Positions 35,013-44,114 of a stretch of DNA of 44,114 nucleotides are shown piece after piece; the first letter of the stretch is position 1, and every line of letters starts with the position of its first letter. The notes below the pieces were generated by a model. It saw nothing but the letters and a program-made list of their open reading frames with translations, was not told where the DNA came from and ran no database searches. The stretch comes from Octopus bimaculoides (taxonomy: Eukaryota). Position numbers and translations under genes: made by a program. The stretch is taken from contig NC_068995.1 in NCBI RefSeq assembly GCF_001194135.2, positions 16,621,169 through 16,665,282 of the forward strand. Reading direction: 5' to 3'.

Positions 35013-35757
35013 AGAAGGCAAAAGAGGCATATATGTGCTTATGTGTGAGTGTATACATACGTACATACATGCATGCATGCATATATACATATATACATAC
35101 ATATATACACATATATGAATATGTAACTCTCTCTCTCTCTGTATACATGCATATATATATATATATATATATACNNNNNNNNNNNNNNNNNNNNNNNNNN
35201 NNNNNNNNNNNNNNNNNNNNNNNNNNNNNNNNNNNNNNNNNNNNNNNNNNNNNNNNNNNNNNNNNNNNNNNNNNNNNNNNNNNNNNNNNNNNNNNNNNNN
35301 NNNNNNNNNNNNNNNNNNNNNNNNNNNNNNNNNNNNNNNNNNNNNNNNNNNNNNNNNNNNNNNNNNNNNNNNNNNNNNNNNNNNNNNNNNNNNNNNNNNN
35401 NNNNNNNNNNNNNNNNNNNNNNNNNNNNNNNNNNNNNNNNNNNNNNNNNNNNNNNNNNNNNNNNNNNNNNNNNNNNNNNNNNNNNNNNNNNNNNNNNNNN
35501 NNNNNNNNNNNNNNNNNNNNNNNNNNNNNNNNNNNNNNNNNNNNNNNNNNNNNNNNNNNNNNNNNNNNNNNNNNNNNNNNNNNNNNNNNNNNNNNNNNNN
35601 NNNNNNNNNNNNNNNNNNNNNNNNNNNNNNNNNNNNNNNNNNNNNNNNNNNNNNNNNNNNNNNNNNNNNNNNNNNNNNNNNNNNNNNNNNNNNNNNNNNN
35701 NNNNNNNNNNNNNNNNNNNNNNNNNNNNNNNNNNNNNNNNNNNNNNNNNNNNNNNNN

Positions 35758-35805
<48 letters not shown>
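34975..35805. repeat. (GA)/(CATA)/(TA) microsatellites around a gap
   Basis: Visible on both sides of N-gap 35175-35757. Confidence 0.85.
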
Positions 35806-35808
<3 letters not shown>

Positions 35809-36269
35809 AAAGGTAATAGTGGTGGTAGTTTGGGTTAATTTTGATGGTCGTGGCTGTAGTTGTAGCGGACGTGACAGTAAAGAAGAGGAAGAAGAACAAT
35901 AAACAAACAAGCATGATAAATTAAAGCAAGGAAATGTATGATTGATAACGGGGTATGTTGTAGATGACAGAGTTAAATGCAACAGGAAGTTGGAAACGGT
36001 AAATTACCATCACTGCTTTTACAGCAGTGACTCCTACATTTTGACATCAAAACATTTTTATCGGGGACACATGAACTTTCCTGTTATGGAAACATATATG
36101 TTACCACAAAAATTTATTTTGTCTTCTATACATGATCGGTAAGGTTAGTAGAAGGCTGCTTGAATACAAACCTAGGTTTGATCAACCTAGCCCCCATTAC
36201 TTGGGTAAGGATGTCTGTCGTAGGTTCCGAAACTACGAGTGATCCCGGGAAACCGCGCTGACGACGTAT

Positions 36270-36410
36270 CTTTTATCATTTATCCTTAATCTTTTATCCT
36301 TTATCTTTTACTTGCTTTAGTCATGCTGGGGCTCCACGATGAAGAATTTCAGTCGAATAAATGGAACCCAGTATTACATTTTTTAAAACCTTGTAGTCAT
36401 TCTATCTCGC
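36270..36410 (-). mobile_element. SINE group C 3' tail fragment
   Basis: ttttatc repeats + ttttacttgctttagtcatgctggggctcc..ttcagtcgaataaatggaacccagta. Confidence 0.65.
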
Positions 36411-37059
36411 AAAAATTGTTTTACCTCGGAAGAAAATAAATAAAGAGAATGCAATTACAAAATATCTAAGACCCTAAAGATTTTGNNNNNNNNNNNNNNN
36501 NNNNNNNNNNNNNNNNNNNNNNNNNNNNNNNNNNNNNNNNNNNNNNNNNNNNNNNNNNNNNNNNNNNNNNNNNNNNNNNNNNNNNNNNNNNNNNNNNNNN
36601 NNNNNNNNNNNNNNNNNNNNNNNNNNNNNNNNNNNNNNNNNNNNNNNNNNNNNNNNNNNNNNNNNNNNNNNNNNNNNNNNNNNNNNNNNNNNNNNNNNNN
36701 NNNNNNNNNNNNNNNNNNNNNNNNNNNNNNNNNNNNNNNNNNNNNNNNNNNNNNNNNNNNNNNNNNNNNNNNNNNNNNNNNNNNNNNNNNNNNNNNNNNN
36801 NNNNNNNNNNNNNNNNNNNNNNNNNNNNNNNNNNNNNNNNNNNNNNNNNNNNNNNNNNNNNNNNNNNNNNNNNNNNNNNNNNNNNNNNNNNNNNNNNNNN
36901 NNNNNNNNNNNNNNNNNNNNNNNNNNNNNNNNNNNNNNNNNNNNNNNNNNNNNNNNNNNNNNNNNNNNNNNNNNNNNNNNNNNNNNNNNNNNNNNNNNGC
37001 TGTAATCTCAGTCACTTATATACCTTGGAAATCAGGTTAAACTTCAACCTTTTGAATTC

Positions 37060-37510
37060 TATAGCTTTGTGGTTAAGAAGTTCGCTTCGCAAATAGATGG
37101 TTTCGGAAGGCGGCGAGCTGGCAGAAACGTTAGCAGGCCGGGCGGAAGGCTTAGCGGTATTTTGTCTGTCTTTACGTTCTGAGTTCAAATTCCGTCGAGG
37201 TCGACTTTGTCTTTCATTCTTTCTGGGTCGATAAATTAAGTACCACTTGCGTACTGGGTCGATCTAATCGATTGGCCCCCTTCCCAAACATTTCGGGCCT
37301 TGTGCCTAGAGTAGAAAAGAAATACATGGTTTCGGATTCAGTCTGAGTGCTCGGCACCTCAGGCAACAGCTTTCTACTCAGGCATTGACAGACTAATACC
37401 TTCTAAGTAAACAGGTATCGAAACTGTGGATGTGTCTGTCTTAGTGTACGTTCTTTTCACCAACTGACAACCGATGTTGATTTGTTTTAATACTACAGTA
37501 TGATCAGTTG
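37060..37510 (+). mobile_element. Old SINE group C host copy split by a SINE-A insertion
   Basis: tagctttgtggttaagaagttcgcttcgcaaatagatggtttcgga [insert] ttcagtctgagtgctcggcacctcaggcaacagctttctact..tgacaaccgatgttgatttg. Confidence 0.65.
37108..37319 (+). mobile_element. SINE group A, tail type 1, nested in a SINE-C head, 17-bp TSD
   Basis: TSD aaatagatggtttcgga (37091-37107) / aaatacatggtttcgga (37320-37336). Confidence 0.93.
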
Positions 37511-37635
37511 ATAAAATTATGTGGACCATACAGACAGTATTGATAGGAATGAATTTCATATTTAAATGCAGTTCATTTGATCAAAGATTTTCATCTCACG
37601 ATATTACATATATAATGCCCTATTACATATATAAT

Positions 37636-37846
37636 TTTTTCCTCTACAGGTACAAAGCCTGACATTTTCAGGTGGAGTCTACTCGATTACATCGACCCCA
37701 GAGCTCAACTGCTACTTATTTCATCGACTCCAAAAGGATGAAAGGCGAAGTTGACACTGCGAATTTGAACTCAGAATGGAGAGCCGGAAGAAATGCCGCT
37801 AAGCATTTTGTCCGGCGTGCTAATAACTCTGCCATCTTGCCGCCTT
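37636..37846 (-). mobile_element. SINE group A, tail type 1-like, with TSD
   Basis: TSD attacatatataat (37622-37635) / attacacatataat (37848-37861). Confidence 0.88.
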
Positions 37847-37938
37847 AATTACACATATAATACTATTGCATTAGTATTCAGTATACATACTTCCTTTCTG
37901 CAGTGTCTTTCCTTTCATCAATATTAGTAGAACCGTAA

Positions 37939-38137
37939 AGGCGGCGAGCTGGGGGAATCTTTAGTACGCCAGACGAATGTTTAGCTGCATTTCGTCCGTC
38001 TATAAATTCCACCGAAATCGACTTTACCTTTCATCCTTTCGGGGTAGATAAAATAAGTACCAGTTGAACCCTGGGGTCGAAGTAATTGACTTATCTTTTA
38101 CCCGGAAATTGCTGGTCTTGTACCACAATTTAAAACC
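37939..38137 (+). mobile_element. SINE group A, tail type 2, 19-bp TSD at the head of an older copy
   Basis: TSD aatattagtagaaccgtaa (37920-37938) / agtattggtagaatcgtaa (38138-38156). Confidence 0.88.
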
Positions 38138-38140
38138 AGT

Positions 38141-38378
38141 ATTGGTAGAATCGTAATATCGTTGGAAAAGTGGCTTGTAGCGTGTGTTTCCGACTTTTTG
38201 CATTCTGGCCAACTTTGCCTTTATGTTCTGAGCTCAAACATTGCCGAAGTCAGGTTTGACTTTCGTCCTTTCGGGAATCGATAAAACAAAGTAGCAGTCA
38301 AGTTCTCGGATCAATGATATCGACTAACATTCTCTCCTCAAAATTTCTGTCTTTGTACTAAAATTAGAAGCAATTATT
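38141..38378 (+). mobile_element. Old SINE group A copy
   Basis: ggtagaatcgtaa..ttatgttctgagctcaaac..cgtcctttcgggaatcgataaaac..tttgtactaaaattagaagcaattatt. Confidence 0.75.
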
Positions 38379-38384
38379 AAAGTG

Positions 38385-38595
38385 CATTGGATTGATAGAA
38401 TCGTGACAACATCGCACAAAATACCTTGCAGCTACGTCTCTTTTTATTCTGAGATCTAATTCCTTCGAGGTCAATACTTAATTCTATGCCTCCAGGATCA
38501 AGGAAATAGGGTACCAATCTAATACTGGAATTTGACATAACCATTTGTATTCTTCTTTCAAGTTAGGAGCCTTGTACCTACATTAGGAATCAATG
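38385..38595 (+). mobile_element. Very old SINE group A copy
   Basis: gatagaatcgtgacaacatcgcacaaaatac..attctgagatctaattccttcgaggtcaa..gccttgtacctacattagg. Confidence 0.6.
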
Positions 38596-38607
38596 AAGGC
38601 GACGAAA

Positions 38608-38831
38608 GGCGGCAGATTGGCAGAATAGTTAACACAGTGGGTAAAATACTTAGCAGCATTTCGTCCGCCCTTAGAGTCTGAGTTCAAATTTCATCTAGGT
38701 GAACTTTGCCTTTCAACCTTTCATCCTTTCGGGGCCGACAAAATAAGTACCAATTGAACACTGGAATCGATGTAATCGATTTATCTCTCTCCTAAATTCC
38801 TGGCCTTGTGCGAAAATTTAAAACCAATATT
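38608..38831 (+). mobile_element. SINE group A, tail type 2
   Basis: ggcggcagattggcagaatagttaac..gagttcaaattt..ggccttgtgcgaaaatttaaaaccaatatt. Confidence 0.85.
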
Positions 38832-38835
38832 AAGT

Positions 38836-39057
38836 TAGCGAGCAAGTTGGCAGAATCGTTAACACACCGGGCAAAATGCTTAACGACATTTCGTTAGTCT
38901 TATTGTTCTGAGTTCAAATTCCGCCGAGGTCAAATTTACCTTTCATCCTTTTAAAAGTCGATAAAATAAGTACCAGTCGAGTATTTGGCTCGATGTAATC
39001 GACTCAACCCCTCCTCCGAAATTTCTTGCCTTATGCTAAAATTTGAAACTAATATTA
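38836..39057 (+). mobile_element. SINE group A, tail type 2
   Basis: gttggcagaatcgttaacacaccgggcaaaatgctt..gagttcaaattccgccgagg..aaaatttgaaactaatatt. Confidence 0.87.
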
Positions 39058-39094
39058 TTGATCTTAGAGAAATATAGGTTAAATAGGTCTTGCT

Positions 39095-39165
39095 GTATTT
39101 AGTGAAGAATTCGTTACGAACTGGTTCAAATCCTGCCAGAATCAACTTTGGCTTTCATCTATCAC
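39095..39165 (+). mobile_element. SINE group A B-box fragment
   Basis: ggttcaaatcctgccagaatcaactttggctttcatc. Confidence 0.5.
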
Positions 39166-39559
39166 AGTTGTAGAGTTGGATAATATAGCACTTCCCAAGT
39201 GGCTTTGTCCTAACATTGTGGCTTTGTCCTAACATCGGTGACAAAGTGTCAATGTAAGAAAGCAATATTATTGATTCCCAGCTTTTAAATGTAAGCATAG
39301 AAAGGTAGACAGATAGATGCAGAGACAGATTGAAAGAGAGAGAGAAAGAGAGAGAAAGAGAGAGATAGAGAGCGAGCGAATGTGTGTGAGGGACAGAGGG
39401 AGGGAGAAAGAGAAATCATTAGACTCACGATTTACAGATTCTTCGATATGTAAAAGCTGGAAATGAGAGTCAGTCTCTCTCACCTCACACTTTGCTGTCT
39501 TAAAAACGAAGGACATATAAAATATAGACCTAGTACGCCTAAAAACCACTCTCTGTCAC

Positions 39560-39930
39560 TCCCTTCGACTATCCTTTAAACTGCCGTCTTTCATCCTCTC
39601 TCACTCTCACTCTCATATCTTCTTATCTTCCTTTCCCCCGCATCATTTTAACTGCCTCTTTCTCTTCCACACCTATTTGTACTTTTCTCTCACCTTCCTC
39701 TCATTTATTCTAACCGTCTCTTTCACTCCCTCCAGTTACTTGTTTTCTCCTTTCACCGCCACCTCACTTCATCCAAATCTTTTACACCTGCGATTTCTAC
39801 CAATAAACCATACATTTCATGCCTTTTCACTCTTACTCCCAATTCCATTCTCTCTCTTCCTATCTCCCTTTTACCTCTCCTCTCCCCTCTCTCTTTATTT
39901 CCCTCTCGTTTTCCCTCTTCATTTCTTACA
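39560..39930 (+). repeat. Polypyrimidine (CT-rich) low-complexity tract; a similar tract lies at 42300-42480
   Basis: Directly visible. Confidence 0.8.
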
Positions 39931-40227
39931 TTTGATACTCAAGTTCAAATATTGGTTAAGAAACAAAATCAAACCAGCCGAGATTTGAACTCAGAATGGA
40001 GAGGATTGAATTTAAATACTCAAGAGGTATTTAATCATATATTCTACTTTTACCTACCAACAATACCCCACCAACACTACATCGTTAAAAATCAATATTC
40101 ATCATATTGATTTCTAAATTTAGCCAATTTATCGAAATGAATTGAATAACAGTCGATTGAATCGAAGCTAATTAACCACCCAAATATCTATCGATCTCTT
40201 ACATTGGCACAAGGCCACACATAGAAT

Positions 40228-40312
40228 AGTTGCTGTTGTTGTTGTTGTTTAGTCCTAAGTCATCTATAATCGAGATTTGATAGAAGGCACCCCAGCCATG
40301 ACCATCGCGTCA
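40228..40312 (-). mobile_element. Possible retroposon 3' end with a (CAA)n tail
   Basis: Minus strand gacgcgatggtcatggctgggtgcc..gacttaggactaaacaacaacaacaacagcaac; family not identified. Confidence 0.35.
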
Positions 40313-40319
40313 TTATATA

Positions 40320-40493
40320 TAATCGTCTATATATGTATGTGTATATAAGTATATAAGAGTGCGTGTGGGTATGTATATGTATGCATGTGCATATTCATAT
40401 ATCTATATGTATGTATATTCCCATATATACATATATATATGCATGTGTGTGCATATATATGCATATACATATAGATATATGTATATGTATAAT

Positions 40494-40541
<48 letters not shown>
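40320..40541. repeat. (TA)/(TATG) microsatellite before a gap
   Basis: Directly visible. Confidence 0.9.
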
Positions 40542-40994
40542 NNNNNNNNNNNNNNNNNNNNNNNNNNNNNNNNNNNNNNNNNNNNNNNNNNNNNNNNNNN
40601 NNNNNNNNNNNNNNNNNNNNNNNNNNNNNNNNNNNNNNNNNNNNNNNNNNNNNNNNNNNNNNNNNNNNNNNNNNNNNNNNNNNNNNNNNNNNNNNNNNNN
40701 NNNNNNNNNNNNNNNNNNNNNNNNNNNNNNNNNNNNNNNNNNNNNNNNNNNNNNNNNNNNNNNNNNNNNNNNNNNNNNNNNNNNNNNNNNNNNNNNNNNN
40801 NNNNNNNNNNNNNNNNNNNNNNNNNNNNNNNNNNNNNNNNNNNNNNNNNNNNNNNNNNNNNNNNNNNNNNNNNNNNNNNNNNNNNNNNNNNNNNNNNNNN
40901 NNNNNNNNNNNNNNNNNNNNNNNNNNNNNNNNNNNNNNNNNNNNNNNNNNNNNNNNNNNNNNNNNNNNNTACATACGCCGCTATATGTTTTATA

Positions 40995-41620
40995 TATAAC
41001 AAATACAAAATGGGACAAGAACGCAAAACATCCAGACACTTAGGGGATACAAAAAAGGGACAACAAAACATCCAGATAGACGATACAAAGAAAACAAAGT
41101 TTTCTTTCCTCAGTCGAGTTCCAGCTTATCTTTGCAATTTCGGCTGGTTATACTCGAGATTGCTCCAATCTGGCCAGCTCCACGAAAAAACTAAGCTAAG
41201 AGCATTTGATTCCTTGGAAGAAAGCAGTGAATGTATACGAAGACAAAGACGGAAAAAAACCGGATAGAATGTGGTGCCGAGTTAGCACAGACTACACAAG
41301 CTACGTTGAAGAGGGCAGGAAAAACCTTTCCATTCTAGGAGACAAAAATTTTGTCATACAGAACATCGTTAAAGATTTTCATTAGCTAAGGACACTAACA
41401 ATGCATTTGCCAAATCCTCAGAAGAACGTAATATTTTTTGCCAAGTTCTCAAAAGGAAGAAACCAATCAATATATCTAGGAAGGGAACCCGAAGCCTCCC
41501 TCCCGCAAGTCATCACTTCGAAAACCTAGAAGAGCCTGATAAGCACCTTAAATCCTACTTCTATATTCCCTTAATGTCTTTGATGCTATATCTGTCCTTA
41601 TAACGGGCCTTTACTAAGCT
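40995..41620 (+). mobile_element. Probable interspersed repeat (40995-41275) followed by a weak Penelope-like RT remnant
   Basis: Internal direct repeat caaaacatccaga occurs twice. Downstream STDYTSYVEEGRKNLS..PNPQK..YFLP..KPINIS loosely recalls Penelope RT (DY..EG.RQLS..P.FY.LPKIHK..RPIIS). Weak match, judged by eye only. Confidence 0.35.
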
Positions 41621-41802
41621 TCGTCATCCTCTTTGTACATAGCGTCTTAAGTCTTAGACTCTTTAATTAAATTCAGTTAATTTAGACTGTTTGAGTCTCA
41701 CCCTGTATCTGACATATCACAAACAAAAGAGAATTATTTGCGTAGCAAAATTATGGTGACTGTAATGAAAATAATGTAATTGTTGACGTTACTACCATCA
41801 AG

Positions 41803-42025
41803 TCGGCGAGCTGGCAGAATCATTAACACGACGGGCGAAATGCTTAGAGGTATTTCGTCTGCCGTTGCGTTCTAAGTTCAAATTCCGCCAAAGTCGACTT
41901 TACCTTTCAGGGTCGATAAATTAAGTACCAGTTATGCACGGGTGTCGATGGAATCGACTTAATCTCTTTGTCTGTCCTTGTTTGTCCCCTCTATGTTTAG
42001 CCCCTTGTGGGCAATAAAGAAATAA
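41803..42025 (+). mobile_element. SINE group A, tail type 3
   Basis: Tail ctttgtctgtccttgtttgtcccctctatgtttagccccttgtgggcaataaagaaat, same type as 6602-6808. Confidence 0.92.
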
Positions 42026-42218
42026 GAATCCTTAGCTCGCTGGACAGAATTCTTCACTGCATTTCTTCCCGCGCTTTTACGTTAAAATTCCGCCATGGTC
42101 AACTTTGCTTCTCATCTTTTCGGCGTTGCTAAATTAAAGTACGGAGTCAATGAAATAAACTTACGTTTTCCCTTCAAAATTGCTGGCCTTGTGCCATGTT
42201 CTTTATTACAAATATTAT
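42026..42218 (+). mobile_element. Old SINE group A copy, tail type 2-like
   Basis: aaattccgccatggtcaactttgc..aaaattgctggccttgtgcc..aaatatt. Confidence 0.7.
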
Positions 42219-43013
42219 TGTGGTCATTTTCAGTATCAATATCATTGTTACTGTTATTCGACCGCATTGAGCTCTGGAAGCAATGTAATTGACTTACCCC
42301 ACCTCCTCTCTTCTTTCAAATTCTCCCATATTCTCGATCCCTCATTCTCGCTTTTTACTTATATCCTCTCCACTCTCTTCCCCTTTCTCCATTTCTCTTT
42401 TTACCTCTTATTATTCGAGCTCTTCTCTATCACCAGAGAAGTAGTAACTGTTGTTTTATACATTTTGTTCAATCTTTACTCTTAATAATTCCACTCAATC
42501 TCCACAGTTCCCCTTTTAAACTATCATTGTGTAGTTGTTCAGTTTCACCACATCGTTGTCCACTAGGTATACTGTTCTAACATGTGGTGTTTCCTGATGG
42601 TTAGTCAGTGCAAGGAAGATTAGCCTTCCTAAATTATATTTGGTGGGATAGGAATTTGAAATTTAAAATCGAGAAACAAGGCAGAAGAAGCATAAACTAT
42701 GCATAAGTATTGTTTTATTTTTAGCATATTACGTATATCTTAAAATTTCTAGTTTTAGGCAATCATGCATAGCGCCATTTCATTTTTTTCCGAAATCATC
42801 AGCATGACGTAATCCGAGGTAAATATATTAATCTTTCCATCAAATGTCTACTTTTGCCTTTGAAGAAATACAAACCTGTACTGATACACTTTTACTATTC
42901 TAAGCATCACTTCATTTAACCAAGAAAATAAACGATTCTGCATCTATATCATATTCAGTTCTTTCTAGAATTATAAGCCACTTGATAAAATGATGGAAGT
43001 TTAAAACGAATAT

Positions 43014-43163
43014 AGGTATGAACGTGTGATTTGGAAGTTTGTTTGGCACTCAGTTGATTTCAGGTTCGGTCTCACAGCATGGCGCCTTGAGCAAGTGTCT
43101 TCTATTATAGCCCAGGGCTGTTTGTGAATTTGATAGGTGGAAGGCGACAGGATGCCTGTCGTA
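43014..43163 (+). mobile_element. SINE group C 5' half, followed by a (TATG)/(TA) array and a gap
   Basis: caggttcggtctcacagcatggcgccttgagcaagtgtcttctattatagcc..gatgcctgtcgtat. Confidence 0.75.
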
Positions 43164-43255
43164 TACATATATGCACACAAACATAAATACATACATAGAT
43201 ATGTATTTTTACAGGTGTATGTGTTTGTATATGGATGTATGTATATGTATGTATG

Positions 43256-43289
<34 letters not shown>

Positions 43290-43517
43290 TGTATGTATGT
43301 ATGTATATATATATATGTATGTATATATATATATATATATATANNNNNNNNNNNNNNNNNNNNNNNNNNNNNNNNNNNNNNNNNNNNNNNNNNNNNNNNN
43401 NNNNNNNNNNNNNNNNNNNNNNNNNNNNNNNNNNNNNNNNNNNNNNNNNNNNNNNNNNNNNNNNNNNNNNNNNNNNNNNNNNNNNNNNNNNNNNNNNNNN
43501 NNNNNNNNNNNNNNNTG

Positions 43518-43549
<32 letters not shown>

Positions 43550-43960
43550 TATATTCATCAAAGTACCATCGATGCATTTTAGCCAATTTCACTATGGTTT
43601 CGCATAGAATAATCAGATAATTATCTAAATACGTGTCCATCAGAGGGGCTGGTTTGGAAATATATACGACAGATATGTATAAACATATATGTGCACGTGC
43701 ATACGTAAAAAAATTACACATACTTACATACAGTCATACATACATATATGTATACACATATATATATACTCATTACACGTTCATTAATTTATACGAATGT
43801 AAAAATGAATATAATGAGTAGTCATCGGTTTGCAATGGTAACAAAAAAGAAGAATATCATATGATCATAAACCAGAGACCCAATGCAGTCTGTTCTCGCT
43901 TATGACTTTGTCTCAACACCCATTTTTATTTCGAAAAGAGATCTATCTTAAAATACTTCT

Positions 43961-44114
43961 CGGCTGCATGGTAAGTAGCTTGATTACCAACCTCATGGTT
44001 CCCAGTTGATCCCACTGCGTGGCATCTTGGGCAAGTGTCTTCTACTACAGCCTCGGGTCGACCAAAGAATTGTCAGTGGATTTGGTAGACGGACACTGAA
44101 AGAAGCCTGTCCTA
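43961..44114 (+). mobile_element. SINE group C 5' half, cut by the window end
   Basis: cccactgcgtggcatcttgggcaagtgtcttctactacagcctcgggtcgaccaaag..gaaagaagcctgtc. Confidence 0.88.

Noticed and set aside
37939-39057. Regularly spaced similar units suggesting a CRISPR-like or satellite array
   Set aside because: Units are ~210-bp SINE copies of unequal divergence with no repeat-spacer structure, in a eukaryotic context.

Overview
AT-rich, repeat-saturated eukaryotic DNA from a short-read scaffold (13 N-gaps, about 4.6 kb, most flanked by microsatellites). The tRNA-derived SINE repertoire and microsatellite load suggest a coleoid cephalopod, most likely Octopus; this is inference from recalled repeat families, not a database search. 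I recognise no host protein-coding gene, rRNA, intact tRNA, CRISPR array or prokaryotic system. Nearly all ORFs in the supplied track are translated microsatellites, N-runs or SINE antisense. Supported content: (i) about 40 SINE copies or fragments in four working groups, A-D (my labels); (ii) decayed coding remnants of a Helitron, a hAT (Buster/Charlie-type) transposase, a probable Chapaev3-type transposase, an RTE-clade LINE, three 5'-truncated copies of an RLE-type (R4/Dong-like) LINE and possibly a Penelope element; (iii) extensive simple repeats. The most interesting observations concern TE biology: the RLE LINE copies all sit inside (CATA)n arrays; the Helitron appears to lack its Rep core; the SINEs are modular with a conserved double hairpin; SINE-A TSDs often begin AATATT; and there is a dense SINE-A pile-up at 37.1-39.2 kb. 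I found no convincing novel multi-gene system.
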